Assembly: GCA_024704765.1 (NCBI GenBank)
Contig: JAKMXF010000316.1
Location: forward strand, 248,001 to 312,000
Direction of reading: 5' to 3'
DNA length: 64,000 nt
DNA from: Oopsacas minuta
Lineage: Eukaryota > Animalia > Porifera
Part shown: in pieces, positions 11,750 to 23,499 of the stretch
Numbering within the stretch: position 1 is the first letter of the stretch
How the letters are laid out: the number at the start of each line of letters is the position of its first letter
Made by a program: the position numbers and the translations under genes
Notes under the pieces: generated by a model
Told to the model about the DNA's origin: nothing
Database searches by the model: none
Seen by the model: the letters and a program-made list of their open reading frames with translations, nothing else

Positions 11750-13079
11750 GATTAACATCCGTTCTCAGGCTGAGATGGTGTCTACACCCTGCAAGAACTC
11801 CATCTTTGTACGATTTGGTGAATAATATTCACGAACTAGAGTCTTCAACGCTTCCTCACTCTGTTGGGACCGCCTCCGCTTGGTTGGTGGCTTGCCAACG
11901 AGGTAGTTGGTATGCCGCACCTCCACTAGGCCCTACTCACGCTTGAGAGAGAGGAAGAACTTCCATATGGTAGGGTGATGGCAGCCGACAGTGGCATTGA
12001 AGCTGCGGTGCCATGCCTCTACGGCGTTGGTTGTACGGGGGAGTCCTAAGGGCGTGCCGATGTGGTTGTTCCACAGGTGAATAGGGTACATCGCCGCTAC
12101 ATGGTATCCGCTGGCAACTGTGCGGCCGATATACGTCCTCTCAAAGTAGTCGACTAGTTCGTCTATCTCAGGCGTAAGGGGGAGGTCCATTGCCACTTGA
12201 TCAAACAGATCGGGTACGTCTGCTGGTCGGGCAAAAGCAAGGGCTGGTATCCTCCGGATGCGCATAGCCAACTCTTCGTCATGTGTGTAGGCAGACTGCA
12301 CATGTCGCCAGATATTCTGTGTGAGGTGGAAGAAGCAGCACTTCACTACTGTGTTAGGCCAGACATGCTCAAAGCTGGTAATCGCGCCCTTCTCAAAGTC
12401 CAGGAGCATCTGTTGAGGCTGGGCAAGTGGACACAGTAGGCGGATCTGTTCCCACATCCTCAGGTAGGCAGCCTCCGTCTTGTTGGGCAGTAGCACGACA
12501 GGCTCGGTAACAGATGGCCGGTCTTCATAGGATCATCTCCTCCACGAAGTCCATGCACCACATACACCTGGACGAAGAGGGGAGGTGCCGTCTTGAAGGT
12601 GCCATCAGCTAGCCAGATCTTGCTTCGTCGTAGCATCCCGAGGTTGTGTTGTGTCCCGAAGATGAGGAATCTGTGTACATCGTCTGCACCAGAGTCGTAG
12701 AGTAAGAACTGTTCTCCCTTGGCTGTCTGCTGGTAGACTGCTGGTAGAGCTAGCTCTGCTAGAGTGGTAGGCTGTGCTGGAGCTGCAAGTACACTAGCAC
12801 GTTGGCGTTGCATCGTCCGCTTCAGGTTGTCTAGTTTGGGGAGTTTAGCAGCAGTACCCTCTGATGCTGTTAGCAAACTCTCGCTCACTATGTGGTCTGT
12901 GCCATCCTGGGACTCCCGTGCTTTCCTCATCATGCCTGCCTTCGCTTCACAACAGTCCGCTGCCTGCTCGTCAGGCCCATGGGAGTGCTCATTCGTGCGC
13001 TTGACTATCACCATCCCTTTGGTATGAACTCTAGCTTTGCACACGCCTCTTTGCTCACACAACCAATGCGTTACATCTC
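11750..13079 (-). pseudogene. FLYWCH-MULE transposase, inverted 5'-truncated second arm
   Basis: Reverse complement of 10348-11701. Retains LLDFE; has a private 1-bp deletion (~12495) and a 15-bp deletion (~12297); shares the LKRE-TAG stop. Confidence 0.92.
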
Positions 13080-14624
13080 TTTCTCTTCTCACTCCACTCC
13101 TCTCCTCTATCCTCTCCATTGAGGTGCAACCACCATGGAAGAAAGACAGTGGTTATGATGCGGTAGCTGCACCTCACTTGATCTTTCTACAACTCTCTCT
13201 TATATATATTATTTTAAGTTATCATAATTATTTATTTTCTTATTTTTATTATATTTATCATTATTTTTATTCAATTAGTTTGTACACACATGCATATTAG
13301 ACATTAAATATAGTTTATTTATGACTTGACTTGATTCATCTGACTTGTTATCGAATAGAAACCTAAAGGGTTAATTTCCTGGCACGAACGGGTGATTCAA
13401 ACTTTACATAACACTTAATGCCTGAATTGGATATCCTATTGGCAAGTATCCTTGTGTCCCCATTTTGTAGGATAATTGTGTAGGAGTATGAAGTTCATTT
13501 AATCATGACCTACGTGATATCATGATTATAAGTTAAATGAACAAAATATCTGTTACAAATATCATTCCGATCTATCCCAGCAAGGCCAATATTTAAAAGT
13601 GGATGGCTAGTTTACTTAACCGAAACAGTACCCATCCAGAGATTAAATTATCACCTATATTTACTAGATAAAGGGGTTGGCCAGATTAACCGATGGCTCT
13701 ATTAAGCGGAGTCCACCGTATTATTAAAGGAATTTAAGTAGCAATTTTGAGTTAGGCCAGCTCATGGTAGGGAAATATAAGAAAGATTTTCCATAGAAGA
13801 ACAGCTCCAAATTGTATTATGATAAATCCGGAATGATTTTATTTATATTTTTTCCAAATGTATGGATAAATTCTTTGATCACAGATTGTGCAATCCATAC
13901 TTTACTACTTGATAGTTCAAAAATTCAACATATACAAGTAAGCTACTCTTCCTTGCGGTACGCGGTTGCGGACACGAAGCGTCCTCATTAGGCACCTTTC
14001 GGGTGCCTAGGTTACTCCTAATCAACTGATAATTTGTGTTATGTATTACTAAGTATCCTATGTATGCTTTGAAAGTCACTCTCTAAGTCGAATATTCACG
14101 ATATGCTATTCGAACACTCGATTATCTCTGTAGCCGTTAAAAGTATACGAACTTTTTGAAATTTCTTTACTTTATGTACATAAATAACAACAAAAATTGA
14201 TCATACAATGCTAAAAATCATATTCGGAATCAATTGACCAATCAAATCAGATGCGAATTGTCGGTATTCCGAATTCGAAACCAAATTTGAGGCCTGGAAA
14301 TTTCATTAGAGTATTATATCCAGGTAAAACTAGTAGAATTTCCCCATTCAATTTTACTTTTCATCCCAGAGCTGATAAAATTTTTAAAGGTCGCAAGCGA
14401 ATAAGAGATCTCTCAGAAGAAAAATGTAGTTGAGAATGATCCAGGAAATGAAACAGTATTGTGGCTATTCGAAGTCGAAAGCATATGAATTTCCTCAATT
14501 TAATAGAGATAAAACTGTCGTAAAAGATAAAGTAATCCCTATTAAGCGTCAGAAGTTGTCTATGTTATGCATGATTTGCAAATCACTAGAAATTAAGACT
14601 GCGTGAATTATTACTGATGAAGAA

Positions 14625-15239
14625 TTGGTAGAGTCAAGGATAATACGATATATTATATCAAGCTTTGGTCCACCACACGTTGAATGGCAAATTGCTACCT
14701 GTAAGAAATGGTACCTACATTATAGTAATCAGATTGTCTATTCTTTAAATAATTTAATTGATAATGGCGAAGGATTATATGTATATAATCCCGGAACAAC
14801 AGAAACAATATCAGGTGATGGAAACTGTTATTTTTCTACAATTTCTTATCTAATAACAGGTAGTAAAACCTATCATAAAGAATTACGGCCAATAATCGTT
14901 GAAAATATGCTTGGTAAATTAAGTGCGAGTTGTAATGCGTTTTTGCGTACTAAGTATGTTTATACTCAAGGTAATTTTAGGAATATTCAGGATTGGGTAA
15001 ATAAAATGGGGATGAATAAGGTTGGGAAATGGGCTACTGACTTAGAGGTATTTGCAACTTCATTGTTATTTAATATAGATATTTGGGTGTTTTTGGGCCC
15101 TACTAGAACTCGTTGGGCTGGGTTTTCAGGTAATGGATCAACTTTTGATCAATTATTAATGGAGCCAACTTCAAATGGTTCATATATTCAGAATTTAGGT
15201 AATCATTACCAGCCCATACTATCTCTAATTTATTATTAA
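14625..15239 (+). CDS. OTU-family cysteine protease domain ORF carried by the Mutator element
   Basis: ISGDGNCYFSTIS (catalytic Cys loop), WATDLEVFATS (OTU W..D/E motif), NHYQP (catalytic His); open for 204 codons; lies between the TIRs. Confidence 0.8.
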   Translation: MVESRIIRYIISSFGPPHVEWQIATCKKWYLHYSNQIVYSLNNLIDNGEGLYVYNPGTTETISGDGNCYFSTISYLITGSKTYHKELRPIIVENMLGKLSASCNAFLRTKYVYTQGNFRNIQDWVNKMGMNKVGKWATDLEVFATSLLFNIDIWVFLGPTRTRWAGFSGNGSTFDQLLMEPTSNGSYIQNLGNHYQPILSLIYY

Positions 15240-15308
15240 AACCTAATCATTGGTTTCAATTTATGGTAGCGAAAATTATAAATTTACCAACAAGATCATT
15301 AGTAAAAC

Positions 15309-15398
15309 AATAAATAATTTGTATAAATGAATCTTGAATATTTTGTGGGTAATTCTATCAATAAATATTTTGTATAAATGAATCTTGAATATTTTGTG
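15309..15398. repeat. 51-bp tandem duplication
   Basis: AATAAATA.TTTGTATAAATGAATCTTGAATATTTTGTG repeated at 15309 and 15360. Confidence 0.85.
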
Positions 15399-18300
15399 AG
15401 ATCTCATCCAAATATATAAATTGATTGCAACAAAAATCACAAATGTAAGTATATACGTATATGTATCGGCAGTTGGATTATATGGAACAATTTTATGACC
15501 TTTTCTCTAACCAAGATACATTTAAAAACTAGATTATATTACACAGGATTTGGAAACTAACACAACACCAATATGTAAAGTTCTGGGAGATATATTCATA
15601 ATAAAGTAAACAATGCACATGAAAATCTATATTCTTATCCTTATAATTATCTTAATCAATCTAGGAATTATATCTCCAAATGTCTCTTACAAACATTTAT
15701 TTTACAATTTGTACAAATTTGAATCAGAAAGAAGTTACTATCTATTTTTTGAGCATTCATTTGGAGACCCATGTCCTGGGGTTAACTCTTGATTCTCTTA
15801 CCATTCTGGCATTAGTAATTACAAATCGAAGTGTTGATCTTCTCTTCAAATCTTATCTGGTCAAGACATTTGTTACTCTTCCTCATACGTATAGCTGTAA
15901 AGATTTTGCATAAATAGTACTACCTGTTTTAGGTTCAGCCTGTTCTAATAGACAAGGGAAAGTCAATCAGTATTTGTCATTAGTTCATCAATCAGTTCAA
16001 TACAGAAATGATAATGTTTTGTATATGTATGATAACTGTCATTACAATGGCGTTGTGTTATTTATTATATTTCAATTATCTTCTGATTATTATCTAGAAA
16101 CACACAATGGAATTGGAACCATAGAATTGAAAATGATACTAAATCCTTATCAAAATCTACGTACACTGTAATGTCATACATCATTATTGATAGTACAAAC
16201 TGGTCGTCTATGTAGTTCCTATGTAAAGTTCGAGCGTTCATAACTTTTTCAAAAATATTTATTTTAATTTCAAATTGGATATACACAATATACCAAGTAA
16301 GATGTAAATATGATAAAAATGATAAGATATTATTATCACAATTATTTCAGGAGATATTAATAAAAGACCTCGACCAAAATGTAATGCAAAATTGCTTACT
16401 CATCATGCAAAACCTGGCGATTATGAGTGATGATATGAAATGTACCAACTTTCTTCTTGACACTGGTATGGTTCTTTTCAAAATAGAACCCATACTTTTT
16501 GATAAAAAGGTGTTTTAGTGGGGATTTGAATCGGTTGCTGAATCGGCTGCTAAGATAACACTCGTAATGGACTTGGACAAATTAAATTGTTGAGTTTCCG
16601 TGGAATAAATTCCCGACATAAGAAACTAGTTCCGTGTCTTAGTTCCAGGAATTTTTCAAAGGTTTATCCCAACTATTTATGTAAATATGTCTTCGCGTCG
16701 TTCGCTTAGTGAATGTAAGATGCAAGCGATGGGAGCTAAACTAGCTCAAAGTTAATATTCAACTTTGTGAACAAATTTCAGCGTATTAACATGAGATTTC
16801 AATACCATTATCGTTCAACATTAGGTTTGATCAACTTGAGTTTGAATGAATCAGTTGGTCTTACATACGATGGTCAGGACTTCCTTCGAAATTCACAGGG
16901 CAAACCACATTAACAAGAATGGACGAGAAGTTAAGATTACCAAGTCACAGCGTATTATAGATTCGAAGAATATAACTAATATAATTTGTGAATGAAATAA
17001 TCACCATCCCATGTAACCATAGTGCTCATACACCCAGGTAAACTAAGGTTTAGTCACTTATCACCGTGGTATGAAATACCAGCATATGTTTTGTATAAAT
17101 ATCACTGAAAGTAAAGAGAAGTATTTAGCAATAACGTTACATTGAGAATCTATGATTATAAATATTAACTATGTAACTAATTAACATATACTATAATGAA
17201 AAACTGCCGACTCTACACAATCCCTGCAGCCTTGGAAATTTAATGACAGCTATAACATCAAAATCAAAAAGTCATCGGATATGGCAGAAATATGACTTGG
17301 AAATGTCAGTAGCCAACAATGATCGCCAATCAAAATGAAGTTCAGCGAAGAAATGGGGTTTGCAAGTAAGAAGCCTATGCAGAAAATTTCGTCAGAGATT
17401 CCTTTTTAATAACTGAAATACTCCTCATGAGCGCGCAGAGCAGACCCCTCAAACACTTCGGTTATGAACACTGTTCCGCGAAATCCTGAATATGGAATAC
17501 ATTTAAGAAATGGGATTTACATATACAGCATATATATTGACACTCTTATGAATTAGCATACACGTGTCTTACAAGGAAAACTAGTTCCAACTTCAGGGTG
17601 AATATTGTTATTGAATTCTCAAGTTTCCAAAAGCCTCATCATTAGAGTTGGAAAAATACAATTCGCCAGAGAAGCCATAAATTCGCAGCGAATAAGCAAG
17701 TTTCGCTAACAAACAACTAAATATACAATTTCAAAATCAATGGGACAACATTCAGGGAATCGTTTGTAACCAAACTAAGAAAATACTTCGAACAACTCGA
17801 AACGCCTCTAGGCCTGCTCATAGGTAAACCTCGCTTTTAAATATCTATCTCAACCAAAAGTCGCCGGAGCTAGAGGCTTATCTAGCGAATAATACGAAAA
17901 CCACACAATTAGTGGCAAAAAACTTCTATCACCTGGGTTATAAATTAGTACTATTCGCTGTACTATTAGCAAAAATAATAAACTTAAGATGACTATCTAA
18001 TCATAAAGAAAGATATAAGAGAAAGTATTAATATGTAAAGAAGTAAATTAGAATTCTGTGCTCCAAAATATCCGTTCATATGATAGTAATTATTACCAAA
18101 TAAATCTCAACTAGAATTTCTCTACTGAATGCATCAATTAAATCAGATGCCTATTGGATGAGGATCGAGTATCTCCCCCCTCCCTTTAGTGGGCAAATGC
18201 GACTATTCAAAGTATTTCCAAATTAATCAGCAGCCATTGCGACAGCAAAAAGCACAGCATTCATCCCGTTCAGGTGAAGTGACCAAATGGGTAAAATGTA

Positions 18301-19379
18301 TTCAGAAGAAATAGCACTGAGATAGATGAATGTGAAGAGTAATAAACTATAGAAATTCAATATATTAATCAGAGATATGATGTTATGACGTAAATTCAGC
18401 CTAAACGTGATAAACTACGACCTGGGAACATAAAAGTGGCTAAAGGGATTCCTCAGGGATGGAATCAGAAAGAAACTCTATTTTCAACCCAATGGAGAGC
18501 TAGATTATTCCAAAATTAGGACAAAAAATGGCTAACGTTAAAACCCATCTTTTTGGAAGAGTGAAAACCTGTATATTGAGTTGGACATAACACTAAATTA
18601 ACCAAGAAATTGGCAATTCACTACAAACCTTGAAAAGGGTACTCTTAATATGCCTTCGAAAATGTGGATTTAAGATATATAATGAAAGATGCCATATGAG
18701 AGAAGATCCGACCTCAATAGCAACAATATTATGTAAAGAAATAGCAATAGAAACTTGTTGACATAATCCAGATAAAAAAAATAGGAATTTTCTTAGACCT
18801 CTCTTAGAATGAACTCTATTCGTGATCTTCTTGGCTTGCAGAGACAAAAGTAAATATGTGTAGAACATATCCATTTCTGGATCAAAAGTGGACTTCTATA
18901 GAAATTACAAGGACGATGGTAAATAATGGCAGAGTGGCAGTGTACAACTTAGTGACTAAACTCAGAAGTGTGATAAAGTAGTGGGGCATGAGACATTTGC
19001 TGAAACAACACGTGTTCAGCTGATCATAAAATATGCGAATTGTGTAGTGTAATAGAAGCGGAATTACCGCAAATTTAGATTTCACTAGTTAGTCCCTAAG
19101 TGATGGGAATTTTGGGAGGGGCCAGACATTATCAGAGTGGCAAGATGTCATAATTTTAAAGAAACAGCATTCTCACATTGCACCTTCTTTAGCCCTCGAT
19201 TTTTCCTTTTTGCTCATATTTGTCCTAATAGACTATGTAGACTAGTAAAACTAATCATTTTAGGCAAGAATGACATGATTTTTCACTCTGAAAGTGAGCA
19301 ATAATTTTATAAAAATATAACCAAGGCCTTTTGTAATGAAACAGACAATTGATCTAATTCACGTGAATTTCCTAAAGTT

Positions 19380-19790
19380 AAATTGCGCGAGCAAAAATTT
19401 AATGAAGCAATCTAGGACCAAAATTTCATCTATGAGGGCCGAAAAACTCTTCCAACTCTATACCTATCATGCCGAGAAAGATGACGCTAATATTCTTTGC
19501 GGTTATGCTTTGAATAAAGATAAGACTAAATCCAGTTATAATCCTTTTGTGAAGAAATTCGTGAAATAGAATCAGCTCTCAATCATGGATTTTGAATATG
19601 GTACCAAAACGCAATTGGAGAAAATATACTATGGTTGTACAATGTTGTTTAGTTCATTTCTGCCAAAGGATCTACAGGAAGATTCTATCTGTTGGCCCTA
19701 GCATCCCAATACTAGGTGATAATGAGCCTGCATTGGAATTTAAAGATACTTCCGAGTATGGTGTTCGTTCCAGAACACGAATTTGTTAAT
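19380..19790 (+). pseudogene. MULE transposase fragment
   Basis: Frameshifted motifs SIMDFEYG and CLVHFCQRIYRKILSVG (DFE...C.FH..Q.I.RK). Confidence 0.6.
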
Positions 19791-21233
19791 TGTTCGAACT
19801 TGTTAATGCAGCACTCTTCTGAATAAGCAATATATTTGAAAACACGAATATTCGTAAAATAAATGGAGATCAAATAAGGGAAATTCCTGACTATTTAAGC
19901 TGCATCGAAATGATTGCTATGATGTGCCAAAGAAAGAAAAAATGAAATCGGCCTATGCCCGATGTTTACCTAAAACCCAGGAAATAAGACAATTTCCTAT
20001 TTAAATTTCTATAGAATATGCTAAAATTGCATTTTCATTGTGTTATATTATTATCGGAATTTATATATTGATATTTGTCATTGAAACTAGGCTGATTGAT
20101 ATATTCAATTATCCAAAACTGGGAAAAACACCGACGTTCCACAGGGATTTTTTCCAGTTTTTGACACTAGAATACTGTATATATATAAAATTGAATCTAA
20201 TTCATCAAAATTCCCATAACTGGAATTTTCAAGTCAAAAATTCAAAATTGTTATAAATTTTAGTATATACTTACAAAATGGGCGAATTTAAATGACCATC
20301 TATATAAGTATTAGTCAACCAGGATATTTTCGAATAATTCAGCTATAAGTAGGAGTTACATGTAAATTTGATTTGGACAGTAATTTCCATCATGTGAGAG
20401 GGCGAAGCAATAGATGATATTTATTGATTCGAAATCATTTTGGATTGTTTGACTAAGGTATGTTTCTAATAGATAATTAATTAAGAGCCTAGAAGCAATA
20501 GAATTTTACCATAAATGAGAGATGCAAACATAGCTCAAATAGGTGTTTTGGAGATTCCAAATTCTGCAAAACTTTATAATAGGCCCTGGATATTTATTTA
20601 GCAATCGTATTAGATATTATTCAGACCGTGAAATCGATGAACTAGTTTCCAGTGTTATTTCTTAATTATTGCTTGAGATACATCTAGTTTCAAAATATAC
20701 CTTCAAAAATGATGAATATAAAAATAATATATTTTCTGTGTAGTCAGGACTGAACAACACAAAACAACAATAATAAACTTTTCTGAGATTTATGTAATAC
20801 ATTATAGAAGATTACTCTAAATGGCTAAGGCCGAAATAATGCGCAACCTTAAAATTTGGATCGAATTCCATTGTAAATTTCTCATTGTTAGGCAAAAAGT
20901 TATCTGTAACTAATATCAAATATATAACCTCAAACATTTACTAATTCTGATAATTCTTCTAACAATATACTAGTACATATATAAACACATGAGCAACATT
21001 GATGAATGCAGTATTAAACTAGTAATCTGCTCAACGTCTATACCTTCTTTATGGCAAAAAAGTTTGTTCATGCTAGATGCCGTCTTGATTTTGCAAGACC
21101 ATTGAAAGGAAATGACAATTGCATCTTGACAACCTTGAATTTCTATCGTCAATACTTCGAATTAGATATTATAACAAGGGAAATGTGGCAGCAGTACTGA
21201 GTAGATTACGTAGTAAAGTAAAAAGTTAAGATA

Positions 21234-22559
21234 CCTAGGGCATTAAAAAAGTTCCCATTTTTGGTTGAATATCTTGACACTATAACAACTTACTAATCAA
21301 ATTTCTACCTAAAATGTTCGAAATACTCCCCTCTACATCGATGCATAGTTGTAGCCTTTCAACCCACTTCGAAAATTTGATTTATACTCGTCTCTGTCCA
21401 CTAAATTGGAGTAGTAGTAAAAACGTTTGCTAGCTCTTGTCGGTTATGTAATAGCCGTCCTCGCAGATACTTTCCAGCTCAGGAAATAGCCAGAAATCAC
21501 AATGTGATAGATCTGGGGAACACGAGGATTTCCATCTTTTCTAACCCGATATCCTCGATAACTTCCAAACGCATTTTGAAACATGAGAACTGCAATTATT
21601 GTGAAGAAGTTTATTCCTTGAGTTCCCTGTTCGCGGATGTCGTGTCTGATAAACTTTATCGGCTTCACTCAGGCATTTATCTGCGTAAAATTCTCCATTG
21701 AGTCGTTCCCCTATAGATTCAGGTATTTCAGCCACTGGCCCATTCGCATAAAAATATGCTGCAGAGAACCCTATCTTCTTAGAAGTCCGGACGTGCCGTT
21801 TCGGGGGGATAAGAACCTTATGGGAGCTATGATTGCTTTGTTCACGCAGAGGTTTGTAACATTAAATCCAAGTTTTGTCCCCAGTAACGATTTCATACAA
21901 CTTTCGAGAATCACAATCTCTATATTCATTAAGCAATATTTTCGCGCATGAAACCCTCTTCTCCTTTCGCACCTTTGTGAGGATTTTTGGTATCCATCGT
22001 GCAGAAATCTTTCAATATTCGAGATAATCCTGTAGAATTATATGAACACTTCTCGATGAGAGGTCCAAGATTAGGGCAATATCTTTAACACTCAAATGAG
22101 GGGGAAATTTCCAAAGGTTCCAGAATTTTAAAGGCAATTTGAGCGATGGTAGCGGAAATTGGTTTTCCGGGCCGCGTGGTATCTTCAATGCTGCCTCTAA
22201 CAGCCATTAATATTCGTGCCCATTCCTTTACAGTGGGATACGCTAAAACTTCCCCATAAAAACGGTGACGAGATCCTCATGTATCTGGAGTGGTTTGTTG
22301 CAGTGTACGGTACGAATCTATATGTAAGCTCGTTTTTCGGCTTTGCTTGGAATGTGTTTTGATGCTGTGCAAAATTTACTCTCAAAAATAGGGAAAATTG
22401 AAAGTAGTTTAGATTAAGATAAATAATAGCTAGAGTGAATTGCTCAACAGCATTAAATAGGTATTCGATAGGACTATTAGGATACACTATGCACTTCATG
22501 CAATCGAGTAGAGCTTGGCTACAATAAACTAAGGATGGGAACTTTCTGAATGCTCCAAT
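21234..22559 (-). mobile_element. mariner (DD34D) transposon, decayed, related to the 4851 element
   Basis: Imperfect TIRs CCTAGGGCATTAAAAAAGTTCCC / ATTGGAGCATTCAGAAAGTTCCC with TA flanks; 1326 bp. Minus-strand motifs RWIPKILT, CDSRKLYEIVTGDKTW, LLHNNCSSH, PDLSHCDFWLFPEL. Confidence 0.85.
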
Positions 22560-23499
22560 TAATTGGATTGCTTAAAGGTAGAATGGTGTCTTAACGTATT
22601 TTTATTATGTGATTTTGAGGGACATCAAATTTCTGATCCGATGACATGTTTAGATGAAGATGAAGGAGACATGACTACCTCTAGCTCTATACACCATACG
22701 AAATGCTCATTGACTTTTCTTTACTACAACAGCCTCATAGACTTTCGAACTTCCTCGAATCCACCAAAGAACTCTCAATTACTGAGAATTCCTCAGAAAC
22801 TAAATTGTGCCTCTTGCCTTCAACTGTTGTTCAACCAAACAGATACCCGAGAGTTCTCAAAAGTTTCCAAGTCAATTGTATAAGACGAATACCTATGTAC
22901 ATTTGGTGATATTTTGAAAAGAGAGCTGGAAGTTAATAAGGGCTTATTCCTTCTAAATTATTAAGAAATTCCGATGGGAAAATGTAGCCAGCTACGCCTG
23001 CTCTTAAAATATAGCGAAACACATTTTCCTGCATATCACAAAGCCGTAGAAGAAAGAAATAGCATGAAAAATTTCGACCAATCATCTAAATGTATCCGAA
23101 TTTAACGAACCCAGTTGGTGATTGTACCGTATGCAAAATACGTCCGCCATACATAATAAGCCTAACGACTACGCCACATCTTAAAGATTAGATGGCCGAG
23201 AATTTTTTGGATATGTTGACTAATTCCTTATAACTAGAACCCATATGTAAAATAACACATTTTATAACTAAAAAATTCGATAATGGAGAGCTTACTACAA
23301 AATATTAGAAAATGAAATGTTACAAAGACGTAATATCTCAATGACTATAGATCATGAAACATTTTTGAGTATATTTTAGGATATTTTAGGAATGATAACC
23401 CATACGTAAATAATATATTCCATATAGATATTTCCCACTCAAATTCCTATTGTTTACCAACTCTTGTTTTACTCATTCTGCAAAAGGTTATCTAAATCC

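Larger units (their letters stand above)
9843..14271. mobile_element. Nested FLYWCH-MULE (Phantom-like) element containing a palindromic transposase
   Basis: Ends CGGA(A)TACCGACAATTCGCA at 9843 and inverted at 14252-14271, with subterminal repeat GACAATTCGCACC x2 on the left. No TSD visible. Confidence 0.75.
6730..16565 (+). mobile_element. Large Mutator/NOF-like (foldback-type) element with ~365-bp TIRs, carrying an OTU protease ORF and a nested MULE
   Basis: TIRs 6730-7094 and 16197-16565 (start ACGAGTGTTATCTTAGCAGCC, ~95% identical by eye). Exact 9-bp TSD AATGGACTT at 6721-6729 and 16566-16574. Internal MULE-type transposase motifs. Confidence 0.9.

Noticed and set aside
10242-13140. GC-rich block as bacterial contamination or IS element
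   Set aside because: The FLYWCH finger is eukaryotic and the block is embedded between matching TIRs and TSD of the outer element.
16690-16960. Possible Tc1 transposase N-terminal relic
   Set aside because: Too degenerate; no TIR pair or catalytic motif found.
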